The position numbers and the translations under genes are program-made. A stretch of 61,670 bases of DNA, the filler included. It is 6 parts of 6 records of this genome, joined end to end, with 100 filler letters (N's around TTAATTAATTAA, not from the genome) between each part and the next. Parts side by side here need not be neighbours in the genome. Positions count along the whole stretch, not along the records: positions 1 to 10,814 come from SRR31156797_20933; positions 10,915 to 20,368 come from SRR31156797_20940; 4 more parts are not named here. One strand, given 5' to 3'. The notes beneath the pieces are model-generated. The model was given only the letters and a program-made list of their open reading frames with translations, was not told where the DNA came from and ran no database searches. Position 1 is the first letter of the stretch. The number at the start of each line of letters is the position of its first letter. This document shows, one piece after another, positions 9,819 to 19,786 of this stretch.

Positions 9819-10814
9819 TTAGTTCAGCCGCCCGTGGCAATGCTTGTATTTTTTGCCGGAACCGCAGGGGCAGGGGGCGTTGCGTGCAACCCGGCCCCAG
9901 GTCGTCGGATCGGCTGGGTCCATATCGGCCGCCGCCTTTCGCGATCGCACCGGCACCGCGGCGGCACCGTCTTCGTGGGCCGGGCGGGCCGGGCCGTCGG
10001 CAAATGCCGGATCGTCGCGGGTTTCGACCATTTCCTGCTGGCGCTGCGGTGTCGGCATTTCGGGCGGCGCTTCGAATTGCAGCTCGACATGGCTCAGCAC
10101 CATGGTAACGCGTTCGCGCAGCCGGGCCAGCATATCCTCGAATAGGTTGAAGGATTCGCGTTTGTATTCGTTCAGCGGGTCGCGCTGACCATAGGCGCGC
10201 AGGCCGATGCCCTGACGCAGATGATCCAGCGTCAGCAGGTGTTCCTTCCACATCTGATCGAGCAGTTGCAGCAGGATCGATTTTTCAACATCCCGCATGA
10301 CCTCGGGGCCATAAAGGGCGGCTTTTTCCGCCATCTTGCGATCGAGCGCCGAGAGCAACCGCTCGCGGATCTCGCTATCGGCGATGCCTTCTTCCTTCGC
10401 CCAGTCGGCGATCGGAAGGTCCAGGGCCAACAGCCGCACGGTCTCCTCGTGCAGGCCATCGACGTCCCACTGCTCGGCATAGGCCTTTTCCGGGATATGG
10501 CGCGAAACCATCAGATCGACGACCTCGTGGCGCATGCCGATGACTTCGCCCGAAACGTCTTCGACGTCCATCAGTTCCTTGCGCTGTTCGTAGATGACCT
10601 TGCGCTGGTCGTTCATGACGTCGTCGAACTTGAGAAGGTTTTTGCGGATCTCGAAGTTGCGCGCCTCGACCTTCTGCTGCGCCTTTTCCAGGGCCTTGTT
10701 GACCCACGGATGGACGATCGCTTCGCCTTCTTCGAGGCCGAGCTTGCGCATCATCACGTCGATGCGTTCGGACCCGAAAATGCGCATCAGGTCGTCTTCC
10801 AGCGACAGGAAGAA
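9819..10814 (-). CDS. secA: Preprotein translocase SecA, C-terminal part (5'-truncated)
   Basis: [41 protein letters not shown] and the SEC-C motif [14 protein letters not shown]. Confidence 0.97.
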   Translation of the reverse strand, partial: FFLSLEDDLMRIFGSERIDVMMRKLGLEEGEAIVHPWVNKALEKAQQKVEARNFEIRKNLLKFDDVMNDQRKVIYEQRKELMDVEDVSGEVIGMRHEVVDLMVSRHIPEKAYAEQWDVDGLHEETVRLLALDLPIADWAKEEGIADSEIRERLLSALDRKMAEKAALYGPEVMRDVEKSILLQLLDQMWKEHLLTLDHLRQGIGLRAYGQRDPLNEYKRESFNLFEDMLARLRERVTMVLSHVELQFEAPPEMPTPQRQQEMVETRDDPAFADGPARPAHEDGAAAVPVRSRKAAADMDPADPTTWGRVARNAPCPCGSGKKYKHCHGRLN

Positions 10815-10914
10815 NNNNNNNNNNNNNNNNNNNNNNNNNNNNNNNNNNNNNNNNNNNNTTAATTAATTAANNNNNNNNNNNNNNNNNNNNNNNNNNNNNN
10901 NNNNNNNNNNNNNN
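10815..10914. other. Artificial contig linker
   Basis: 44 N + TTAATTAATTAA (stop in all six frames) + 44 N. Confidence 0.99.
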
Positions 10915-10915
10915 C

Positions 10916-11278
10916 CGGGCTGAACTGGAAAAAAACATGGCTGCCAATATCAGGCAGATCGTATTACCGCTCCTCTCCGAACTTACGGGGGTGTGCAATG
11001 AATCCGGAAATAAAGACCTGCTTGATGCAGTGGCGTCCGGCCTTGACGGGATAGCCGCTTCTTTTTCCCGGAACCTCTCTTCATCGGCTTATAATCTCAC
11101 ACCAAGGGAAATTCAGATTGCCCATCTGATCAAGGAAGGAAAAAGAACCAAGGAAATTGCCGAGCTCTTCCATCTTTCCCAGGGCAGCATCAACACCCAC
11201 AGGAACAATATCCGCAAAAAGCTTGGATTGAATAAGAGTCGAACCGGTTTGAAAGCATTCCTTATGACCCTGCCCTAA
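10916..11278 (+). CDS. LuxR/GerE-type HTH regulator, C-terminal part (probably 5'-truncated)
   Basis: LTPREIQIAHLIKEGKRTKEIAE...INTHRNNIRKKLGL; the frame is open to the contig edge. Confidence 0.85.
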   Translation, partial: RAELEKNMAANIRQIVLPLLSELTGVCNESGNKDLLDAVASGLDGIAASFSRNLSSSAYNLTPREIQIAHLIKEGKRTKEIAELFHLSQGSINTHRNNIRKKLGLNKSRTGLKAFLMTLP

Positions 11279-11377
11279 GGAATGCTGAAAAATCTGGGAA
11301 ACCCGGGAACAGCTTACTTATCTTTCGAAAAATGAGACGGAATTAAGTAAGCTGCCCCCGGGATATGGCAATATGGC

Positions 11378-12661
11378 CTATTGGTGTACCCACTTCCTGC
11401 CCGCGATGATATAGACAATGACAGAGCTGAGAATCAGGTATCCGAACATCAGGGCGCTTTTTGTTTTGATCACATAGGAAAGCGTCACAATGATCGATGC
11501 GCTGATCACAAAAAATACGGGTTTGGGAATCTTCTTGAGGATCACCCGTCCGAAATGGGCAAACCGGATGTGGCTCACCATCAGGCCCACGGAGACGCAG
11601 GTCAGCCCCCACAATATGACCGGGGGTGAAACAAGGGCGGCCCCAAGAACAATCAACGCGCCTGCGGGACTGGGAAGTCCGTTGAATATCCCCTCCGGCA
11701 GGTCGGTCCGATTTTTATCCTTCATGATAAACCGGATGAGGCGAAACGCCACCCCGAGGATAAACAGCCCGCCGACCGCCCATGCCAGTGAACCGCCGGT
11801 TTGCACGACCACATAGGCGGGTGCCAGTCCAAAGCTGACAAAATCGGCAATATCATCCATTAAGGGGCCGTATTTGGTTCCGCCGTGCTTCATGGCCATA
11901 CGCCCGTCAAACAGGTCGAACAATTGTCCGACAATGATGATGCAAATGGCCCAGGCGAAATAATGGTTATGGGTCAGGATAAGGCTGGTGACACCGCAGC
12001 AGAAATTAAGGGAAGAAAGGATATCCGCATAGAGCCGGTTGGGGATGAACTTAAAGAGCACGGATGCGGCGGCAAGGATGATGCAGGCCATGAGCACACT
12101 GTCGGCCATATTGATGATATCCGGATTGGTATCCAGGAATACACATAGGATAACAAGGCCAAAACAGATGATGGCCTTGATTTTACCGAAATTATTGGCG
12201 GCCCCGGAGGATTTCATCCAGGTCAGGATCCGCCGGGCAAAGAACTGGCCCATGAACTCAATGGCCACAAGTATCCAGACCAGTTTTACGGATAAAATTC
12301 CCGAATAGGCAAACCCGATCAATGGGGGCAGATAGGTCAATTTGTCACACATGGGATCCAGCCATTCACCCCAGCGGGACCCCAGATTACAGGCCCTTGC
12401 CACAACACCGTCAACACCATCGAGGATGGCCGCAAAGCTGAATAAAAATATGGCAATGGTTTGATACGGGGTGAAAAAATAGAGGATAAATGACGCCGCA
12501 GCCATGGCTGCCCGCCAGTAGCAAATTGCGTTCGGATGTAACAGCCACTGGTGGGACAGGATAAAATCCCGCATGGACGGCTTTTTCACCGCCTGGGAAA
12601 ACCATACGAAAAACGCCGTTACAAAAGCGGCAGCAGCACTAACAACCAAAAATCTTTCCAT
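11378..12661 (-). CDS. CDP-alcohol phosphatidyltransferase with two tandem domains
   Basis: Two CDP-alcohol motifs, DGVDGVVAR..G..LDPMCD and DLFDGRMA..G..MDDIAD, plus PssA-like FNGLPSP; hydrophobic, 427 aa. Confidence 0.85.
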   Translation of the reverse strand: MERFLVVSAAAAFVTAFFVWFSQAVKKPSMRDFILSHQWLLHPNAICYWRAAMAAASFILYFFTPYQTIAIFLFSFAAILDGVDGVVARACNLGSRWGEWLDPMCDKLTYLPPLIGFAYSGILSVKLVWILVAIEFMGQFFARRILTWMKSSGAANNFGKIKAIICFGLVILCVFLDTNPDIINMADSVLMACIILAAASVLFKFIPNRLYADILSSLNFCCGVTSLILTHNHYFAWAICIIIVGQLFDLFDGRMAMKHGGTKYGPLMDDIADFVSFGLAPAYVVVQTGGSLAWAVGGLFILGVAFRLIRFIMKDKNRTDLPEGIFNGLPSPAGALIVLGAALVSPPVILWGLTCVSVGLMVSHIRFAHFGRVILKKIPKPVFFVISASIIVTLSYVIKTKSALMFGYLILSSVIVYIIAGRKWVHQ

Positions 12662-13071
12662 TTTACCGTCTCAGTTTAATATATTATTTTTTTGATACTG
12701 AACCCGCTTTGGGACAACAGCATCCTCTTTTTAATCCACGTCTTTTTATCATTTTAACCGTCAATAATCCATAACCTGTTTTTTTTAATCATCTTTTAAT
12801 GCCGAAGCCCCATATTACAGGCTGTTGCCGCAATCATGACGGCCGGTCTTTTTGAAAAGCCCCGTTTGAGATACGAACTCCGGTGTGGCAGATCCCCCCT
12901 TCCCGCCCTTGTTTTCGGCAAACACTTATGCTAACGGTAAACATATTAACAGGAAACACATCCTCGTATAGACGAAAGGGCCGGCCAACCCGGAAACTCA
13001 ACGGCCAAAGGGCAATGCCGCCGATCAACTCGTTATCTGGCTTGCAATCAGTCTATTTTGACGGGAGAGAC

Positions 13072-13833
13072 ATGAAAACAATAATAATTTTCTGGGGGTT
13101 ATTGTTTGGCGTACTGCTATCCCGAAGCATCCATGGGGAGGACCTTGTTTTTTCAGGGGTAGAATATCCGCCGTTCTATATTCAACGCCCCACCGCAAAA
13201 GAACCGAGTCCGAAAAACGGCGGAATCATAATTGATTTGCTGATGCTGTTTTCAAAGGAACATCCTGAATATCAAATCGATTATAAGAAGTACCCGGCTA
13301 AAAGAGCCAGCAAGTATATGGTAAGAGGGGAAAAAATCGATATCAGTTTTGACAGTCCCATCTTTGTGGACGAGACCGAACTGGCTCACTATGATTTTAC
13401 CGAAACAGTGGCACATACGGAAGATGTTGTCATAATCAGAAAAGACAGCACTATCACCTATAATACCGCCGAAGACCTGTATGGTCTGAAGATAGCGGTG
13501 ATAAGAGGCTTTTCATATGGTGAGTTTGACGAACTGCATAAAATGGGAAAGATAAAATATCATGTGGTGAATACCCATGAACAGACAGTGCGTCTCCTTA
13601 CTATCGGAAGGGTGGACGCCGTTTTTGGGAACATTCATGTATCACCGTATGTTATGAAAAAGAATAACCTGGATATTTCCGATTTCAAATTTTCCCAGAA
13701 GAAAATGTTTGAGTTCGATCTGGCGTTACTGGTGAACAAAAAAACGGTTTTACTTCCCAAACTAAACCAGTTTATCAAAAGATTGAAACATGACGGCACG
13801 TTAGTAAAAATCACCCATAAGTACACAAAATAG
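13072..13833 (+). CDS. Extracellular solute-binding protein, family 3-like
   Basis: Signal peptide from ATG 13072 (GGGAGA RBS); EYPPFY, GIIIDL, DLYGLKIAVIRGFSY, GRVDAV and LKHDGTL. Confidence 0.8.
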   Translation: MKTIIIFWGLLFGVLLSRSIHGEDLVFSGVEYPPFYIQRPTAKEPSPKNGGIIIDLLMLFSKEHPEYQIDYKKYPAKRASKYMVRGEKIDISFDSPIFVDETELAHYDFTETVAHTEDVVIIRKDSTITYNTAEDLYGLKIAVIRGFSYGEFDELHKMGKIKYHVVNTHEQTVRLLTIGRVDAVFGNIHVSPYVMKKNNLDISDFKFSQKKMFEFDLALLVNKKTVLLPKLNQFIKRLKHDGTLVKITHKYTK

Positions 13834-13881
13834 TAGATGGTTCAATACGGTTTGCCCTGCCATTATCCGGAAAAGAATTGG

Positions 13882-16125
13882 CTATAGCCCCTTTTTGTAT
13901 TGGGCGTTGGTTGTGGGATGAATCATCCGTTCAAGTTCCTTTTCCGAATCGGGATGACCTTTCAAAAGCTTTTCAAACGCCCGAATGATTCCGGGTTTGT
14001 CCATGCCGACATTCGTTTCGGTTCTGATATCCCTTAAATCGATGAAAAAGCCGGAAAACATCTCCGGCAGATCCGTAATGATATCCGTGTTCAGGAAATT
14101 GGTATTGTTGTACATGCAATGATAATCCCCCTTCTGCTTATCCATGATCAGGGGCACCCCTTTCAGATTGGTGATGGAGGCGGACTTATTACACGTTTGA
14201 AGACATTGATCATCCACCCGGCTTTTTTCGCACCCGATGGTCTGATGAAACAGGCATTGCCGGCTGGTCATAAGCAGGATCGGATGATAGATGCTATAGT
14301 ACAGGTTGAAATTCCCGGGGGGAACCATTTTTTTTATCTGCTTCCGGTTGATCTCATTTGATATAAACGCGCCCCGGCAGTTGAACTTCTCTTTCAGGCA
14401 TGAAAGGCTGAAGGAGTTCGTAATGTTAAGGTAGGGCCCCGCGATCCAGGGGATGTTCCTTTCACAGGCCCCATGGGCGATGCCGGTATTGTTTGTTACA
14501 ATACGTCCCGGCTGCACCTGTTCAAGGAATTCCACTGCCGCGGTATAGTTTTCTCCGATCAAGACAGGCGGAAACCAGGGAAGCAGATTTTTGTTTTCCT
14601 GGAACAGATCCATGAGTTCGTTTTTTTGAGATGCAAGGCAATCGGGAAGCTTATAGTAAATATCCGCCGAAGTTGTATTGCAAAGCACCAGATCCTCCGG
14701 GGAGGAAATCAATACGGAAAGAGCGGGGCTGTTTTTGACCCCGGCCTGTTTCTTCAAGACGGGAACGTCCACCGGGGAGATAATCGGCCTTGAGCCGTTC
14801 AGGAGGAATGAAATCCTATTTTTCATTGAAGCGAGCTCGTGGAAAGAGATAAAAAGATTTTTTTCAAGATCATCCAGGTCTATCTGCTTGATATAATGGG
14901 CGGCAGTATTCAGGCACCTGAATCGTTTTTCGATGCTTTCATAGTCAAGGGTGTATCTGTCGGCATTTATGAGGTTCGTTTCAGAACGCACCACAAACGA
15001 TCCCTCCGGCGTTGTTACGGCCACTGTCAAGGGAGTCCCGGTTTTCCCGGAAAAGCTTAAAACCAACGCGTGTTTTGCCACACTCAGATCTTTGATTTTA
15101 CTTCTGACGGCCTTTATAATTTCCGTTTTTTCATCATAAAGCGCCTTCTTGACCGCCTTTATGTCATCCGCCGGAGTGCAGCCTTTCATCTCAAAAAGAT
15201 GCTTGGCTGAATTGTCCCGGGGATTGTCAATGAACATGTCTTTATTGATATCACCCTTTAAATAGCCGTTTGAGAAATCCCGGTTAAAGACCTTATAGAG
15301 ATCCGTATTGTCACCCTTTTGCCCGTCACGATCAGAAAGTCCCAGGAGTCGCTTTTTCAAGCACCGGACCACGGTATATACGTAATGGAACTTTTTGATT
15401 CTGCCTTCAACCTTAAGAGAGTCAACGCCTGCGTCGGACAATTCCTCCAGGTCAAAATAGGCTGAATTATCCTTGAGATTAAGGGGAAAGTCCTTGCCCA
15501 CAGGCGTGGTCACGTATGGATCCCGGCAGGGTTGGCTGCACCTGCCCCGGTTCCCGGAGTTCCCACCAAGGATGGAGCTGATATAACAAAGCCCGGAAAA
15601 AGCGAGACAATAGGACCCATGGACAAACACCTCCGTCATGATGTCATGCCCATGGGCCGCCTGGGTCAGCGCTTTTATCTCATCAATATTCAATTCCCGG
15701 GACAGATTCACCCTGGTAACGGCAAGTTTACTTAAAAACGAAATCTGGCCTGTGTTATGGGTGGTGCACTGGGTGGAGGCATGGACTTCAAGATCTTTAA
15801 AATACTCGGACAACAGATGGAACAATCCCAGATCCTGAACAATGACACCATCGATCCCGGTATTGACGATTTCATTGAGCCACCCGATAAGCGCAGGAAT
15901 CTCACAGTCCAGGATAACGATATTCAGGGTGAGGAAAACCTTGCAGTCGTTCTTATGGGCAAGCCTTAAAATCCCGTTCAAGTCTTCAAAAGTGATATTT
16001 GCCGCCCGGTTTCTGGCGTTAAATTTAACCAGGCCGCAGTATACGGCATCCGCACCGGCAACAATTGCCGCTTTTATGGAATCAACATCCCCACCGGGCG
16101 CCAGTAATTCAATTTTTCTTTTCAT
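13882..16125 (-). CDS. Peptidase U32 family protein (probable Fe-S RNA hydroxylation factor, RlhA/TrhP-like)
   Basis: ELLAPGG, AGADAVY, HASTQ, EVFVHGSYC..SGLC...NRGRCSQPCR and SLKVEGR; about 747 aa with a long C-terminal region. Confidence 0.88.
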   Translation of the reverse strand: MKRKIELLAPGGDVDSIKAAIVAGADAVYCGLVKFNARNRAANITFEDLNGILRLAHKNDCKVFLTLNIVILDCEIPALIGWLNEIVNTGIDGVIVQDLGLFHLLSEYFKDLEVHASTQCTTHNTGQISFLSKLAVTRVNLSRELNIDEIKALTQAAHGHDIMTEVFVHGSYCLAFSGLCYISSILGGNSGNRGRCSQPCRDPYVTTPVGKDFPLNLKDNSAYFDLEELSDAGVDSLKVEGRIKKFHYVYTVVRCLKKRLLGLSDRDGQKGDNTDLYKVFNRDFSNGYLKGDINKDMFIDNPRDNSAKHLFEMKGCTPADDIKAVKKALYDEKTEIIKAVRSKIKDLSVAKHALVLSFSGKTGTPLTVAVTTPEGSFVVRSETNLINADRYTLDYESIEKRFRCLNTAAHYIKQIDLDDLEKNLFISFHELASMKNRISFLLNGSRPIISPVDVPVLKKQAGVKNSPALSVLISSPEDLVLCNTTSADIYYKLPDCLASQKNELMDLFQENKNLLPWFPPVLIGENYTAAVEFLEQVQPGRIVTNNTGIAHGACERNIPWIAGPYLNITNSFSLSCLKEKFNCRGAFISNEINRKQIKKMVPPGNFNLYYSIYHPILLMTSRQCLFHQTIGCEKSRVDDQCLQTCNKSASITNLKGVPLIMDKQKGDYHCMYNNTNFLNTDIITDLPEMFSGFFIDLRDIRTETNVGMDKPGIIRAFEKLLKGHPDSEKELERMIHPTTNAQYKKGL

Positions 16126-16193
16126 CACGAACCGATCCAACCGTTTTTCTCTTTCTCTTTTGTTCCATCTCCAGCCGGTTTTGAGCCCTTTCC

Positions 16194-17570
16194 CTATTCA
16201 TGCCTGTGGATAAGGAACCGCCGCCCCTTGATCTTCTTTGTGGAAAGCGCTTTTTCAGCCGCATCGGCCACGGAGCGTTCAATGGCAACGTAAGAGTAAT
16301 AATCAAAACAGTTAATCTTGCCCACCCGGTTTCCTTTGATCCCCCCATCCTTGGTCAGGGCCCCCAGGATATCCCCGGGCCTGAGCTTGCCCTTCCGGCC
16401 GCCGTTGATGGAAAGGGTCACCATGGGGGTCACGGCCTCCCCGTCGGGTGAAGGCTCAAGGGCCTCCGGATCGGACACCTCAAAAGAAGCGCCCATCATG
16501 CGGTTGATCTCCTTCAGCCGGAAGCCCTCCTTGGGCGTCATGAGGGAAAAGGCCATCCCCTCTTTCCCGGCACGGCCTGTCCGGCCGATGCGGTGGACAT
16601 ACACCTCCGGCTCAAAGGGAAGATCATAGTTGATCACCGCGCTGAGCCCGGAAATATCAAGGCCCCGGGCCGCCACATCCGTGGCCACCAGAATGGGGCA
16701 GCTGCCGTTGGAAAAGCGCACCAGCACTTCGGTGCGCGCCTTCTGATCAAGGTCGCCGTGGATGGCCAGGGACGATAATCCCTTTGCCTTCAGGGCCTTT
16801 GAAAGGGACTTGCAATGGAGCTTGGTGTTGCAGAAGATCAACGTCGACGCGGGCCGGTGCCGGTCCAGGATCCGGCCCGCAAGATCGGCCTTTGCCTCCC
16901 ACTCGGATTCGTAAAAATGCTGCCGAATGACGTTTTCTTCGTGCTCCACATCCACCACCACCCGCTGGGCGTTTTTCTGAAACCGGGTACTCAACGCAAG
17001 GATCGGCTCCGGAAACGTGGCGGAAAAAAGAAGGGTCTGGCGGCGCTCGGGCACATACCCCATGATCGCTTCGATGCTGTCGGCAAAGCCGATGTCCAGC
17101 ATCCGGTCCGCCTCGTCCAGAACAAGGGTGGTGACGTTATCGAGGTTCATGGTGCCACGGCTCAGATGCTGCTCGATGCGCCCGGGGGTGCCCACCACGA
17201 TATGGGCCTGGTGCTCCAGGGAGATCTGCTGGGGCAGGAAGGGCACCCCGCCGCAGATGGTCACGATCTTGATGTTGTGCTTGAACCGGGCAATGCGGCG
17301 CAGCTCCCCGGCCACCTGCTCCGCCAGCTCCCGGGTGGGACACATCACCAGCCCCTGCACCCTGAAGCGCTTCACATTCAAATTGTGCAACAAGCCGATG
17401 CCAAACGCCGCCGTCTTCCCGCTCCCGGTCTTGGCCTGGGCCAGCAGGTCCTCCCCCTTCAGCACATGGGGCAGACTTCCCGCCTGGACCGGTGTCATCT
17501 CGTGGTACCCCATGGTCCCGAGGTTATTGATCATTGATTTGGTTAACGGCAACGTCGTAAAAGCGCTCAT
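16194..17570 (-). CDS. dbpA: ATP-dependent RNA helicase DbpA
   Basis: AKTGSGKT, PTRELA, DEAD, SAT and HRIGRTGRAG motifs plus the C-terminal DbpA RNA-binding domain (GGRKGKLRPGDILGAL). Confidence 0.93.
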   Translation of the reverse strand: MSAFTTLPLTKSMINNLGTMGYHEMTPVQAGSLPHVLKGEDLLAQAKTGSGKTAAFGIGLLHNLNVKRFRVQGLVMCPTRELAEQVAGELRRIARFKHNIKIVTICGGVPFLPQQISLEHQAHIVVGTPGRIEQHLSRGTMNLDNVTTLVLDEADRMLDIGFADSIEAIMGYVPERRQTLLFSATFPEPILALSTRFQKNAQRVVVDVEHEENVIRQHFYESEWEAKADLAGRILDRHRPASTLIFCNTKLHCKSLSKALKAKGLSSLAIHGDLDQKARTEVLVRFSNGSCPILVATDVAARGLDISGLSAVINYDLPFEPEVYVHRIGRTGRAGKEGMAFSLMTPKEGFRLKEINRMMGASFEVSDPEALEPSPDGEAVTPMVTLSINGGRKGKLRPGDILGALTKDGGIKGNRVGKINCFDYYSYVAIERSVADAAEKALSTKKIKGRRFLIHRHE

Positions 17571-17903
17571 GGAAACCTTCTTTATATTGAATACAGAGCC
17601 CCCAAGGCCCTTCATTTTTGTTAATCGCACCCTTTGGTGCCTGAATCACAAACCACGCAGGTAAATCACAATTTCACAATAAAAGCCAACTATTTCTGAC
17701 ATTTGGGCGAATTTTCCATATTCGTTCAAGGATTGAAGGAAGACTGGAAACGGCACAACGGCATGGCAGGCCACATCCCGGCTGAAGATCTGCTTGTATT
17801 TTTTCACCCCCCGGGATATAGTCCGTTCCCAAATTCGTTATGAGCCATAACTTGCGGGTTGAATACCATGAACGCTCAAAATATCGAACATGGGGAAAAT
17901 GAA

Positions 17904-18737
17904 ATGACAGCTGCTTTTTCCAGGAGAATCATCTGCATCCTACTGATCACCATCAGCGCCTCCTGCCTTGGGGGATGTACATTTGCCAGGCAATCCATTG
18001 CCATCCTGAAGTCAACGGACCATTTCATCCCCCACAAGGACGCCCCGGGGGTTCTCTTTGAACCGGGAGCCGGGGCCATGGCAGATAAGGTTGCGGCATT
18101 TTTTCCTTCCGCGGTCCGGCAAATTGAGGAAAACCAGTTTCGCCCGTTTGCCAGGCCGGTCCGGGTATACATCTGCGCGTCAAGGGAGAGCTTCACCCGG
18201 ATGTACGGGGCGGATGTACGGGCCGGGGTGCTGACGAAGTTATTCCTTTCTCCCCGGATCTTTGATTACGGCGATGACGTTGCACGCCGGTATCTCACCC
18301 ATGAGTTGTCCCATCTCCATATCCGGGACCAAATCGGTAACTACAAAATGAGCCGGTTGCCGTTCTGGTTCAAGGAAGGGTTGGCCACCTATGTTTCAGA
18401 CGGCGGGGGCGCCCACACGGCAACAGAGGAACAAGCGATCGAATTCATCAGATCGGGCAATCGTTTTGTCCCCAATGAAACAGGCGGTTTTATTTTTCAA
18501 AACACCCCCGGCGACTGGGGCTTGAGACCCCATATGTTTTACCGCCAAAGCATGATGTTCATCAACTATCTTGCAGAAACAAACACAGCCGGATACCGGC
18601 AGCTGCTCCTGGACATTGAAGATGGGGAGCGGTTTACCACCGCTCTCCAGGCGGCCTATGATAACAACCTGGACACATTGTGGCGCGCATTCCTGAATGA
18701 GGTCATGAATGCGGAATATAGCCTCACAAACAATTGA
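17904..18737 (+). CDS. Secreted or lipoprotein gluzincin-like metallopeptidase (peptidase MA-like)
   Basis: Hydrophobic N-terminus ending LGGC; THELSH (HExxH) and downstream PFWFKEGLATY. Start uncertain (17859-17904). Confidence 0.65.
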   Translation: MTAAFSRRIICILLITISASCLGGCTFARQSIAILKSTDHFIPHKDAPGVLFEPGAGAMADKVAAFFPSAVRQIEENQFRPFARPVRVYICASRESFTRMYGADVRAGVLTKLFLSPRIFDYGDDVARRYLTHELSHLHIRDQIGNYKMSRLPFWFKEGLATYVSDGGGAHTATEEQAIEFIRSGNRFVPNETGGFIFQNTPGDWGLRPHMFYRQSMMFINYLAETNTAGYRQLLLDIEDGERFTTALQAAYDNNLDTLWRAFLNEVMNAEYSLTNN

Positions 18738-19515
18738 CGGAGATCATATACCTTTGACAACACCAGAAGAAAACGTACTACTCACCGATGAATCAAAAAT
18801 GATTCAAAATAGAAATTTCAGTCATCTGGACTGGCAGCATGAATATCAGCAAGGGCTTACATTTAAGAATTGTACAATCTCCTGTTCTGATTTTTCCAAT
18901 TCAAACCTGGATCGCCTGCGCCTTGAAAACTGCAGCTTTTTTAATTGTGATTTTTCCAATGCAAGCATACAGGACGGTTTCTTTGAAGGGTGCGGATTCT
19001 ATGAAAAGGAGGATCAAAAAGGATGTGATTTTTATCGGGCGGATTTAAGAAGGACCGAATTTCAACGCTGTGATATCTCCATGGGGAATTTTGCCCGCTC
19101 CGACCTGTTCGACATTACCATCAATGACTGCCAGGCCCAGGGGTGTAATTTTGAAAATGCGGATTTTGTGAATGTTGTCAGCCGGACGGTCCTGTTCAGT
19201 TCAGCCCGGTTGACAAACACAAATTTCAAATATACCGATTTCGAAGGCGTCTATTTGGAAAAATGCGATTTATCCGGCAGTAAGCTCATCTCCGTGGTTT
19301 TATCCAGGGTGAATCTGGAGGGGGCCAACCTTTCCAATACGGAATTTGCGCCAAGCCAGTATGAGGGGGTGTCTATTTTCAAAGCGGATTTGAGGGATTC
19401 GGAAATATACGGTGTCGATATAAGAACCCTGGATCTTTCCGGTGTTAAAATATTTGAATGGCAGATGGCACCTTTGATGGAAGCACTTGGCTTTATCATC
19501 TATCCGAACAAATAG
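18709..19515 (+). CDS. qnr: Qnr-family pentapeptide repeat protein
   Basis: Pentapeptide repeats with Qnr-type loop A (FYEKEDQKGCDF), loop B (FVNVVSRTVLFSSA), LEKCDL and C-terminal GVKIFEWQ..LMEALG. Alternative start at 18799. Confidence 0.8.
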   Translation: MRNIASQTIDGDHIPLTTPEENVLLTDESKMIQNRNFSHLDWQHEYQQGLTFKNCTISCSDFSNSNLDRLRLENCSFFNCDFSNASIQDGFFEGCGFYEKEDQKGCDFYRADLRRTEFQRCDISMGNFARSDLFDITINDCQAQGCNFENADFVNVVSRTVLFSSARLTNTNFKYTDFEGVYLEKCDLSGSKLISVVLSRVNLEGANLSNTEFAPSQYEGVSIFKADLRDSEIYGVDIRTLDLSGVKIFEWQMAPLMEALGFIIYPNK

Positions 19516-19786
19516 CTTTCGGAATGGTATGGGGACCTTGAAAAAGGTTCAGAATAAAAATGCTATTTATTTTTCCCGGCAGCATCAATATCGGCAACGC
19601 CGGAACAGGGTTCCCGCCAAAAAATGGGGCTTTGTTTTTGACTTTTGAATCATGAAACGATATATAGAATGGCGGTTCTAGTTGATATCATGAATCTATT
19701 TAGTACAGATGGGGACAACCCCATGGGTGTTCCCGGCTCATGATTTAGATTTGTCTAAATCTTAATAGCTTAGACTTAAGGAGTGA

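Noticed and set aside
12840-13070. Possible c-di-GMP-I riboswitch upstream of the solute-binding protein (GGCAAAC and GAAA present)
   Set aside because: I could not build the paired stems or find the downstream GCAAAG element at the right spacing. An Rfam/Infernal scan would settle it.
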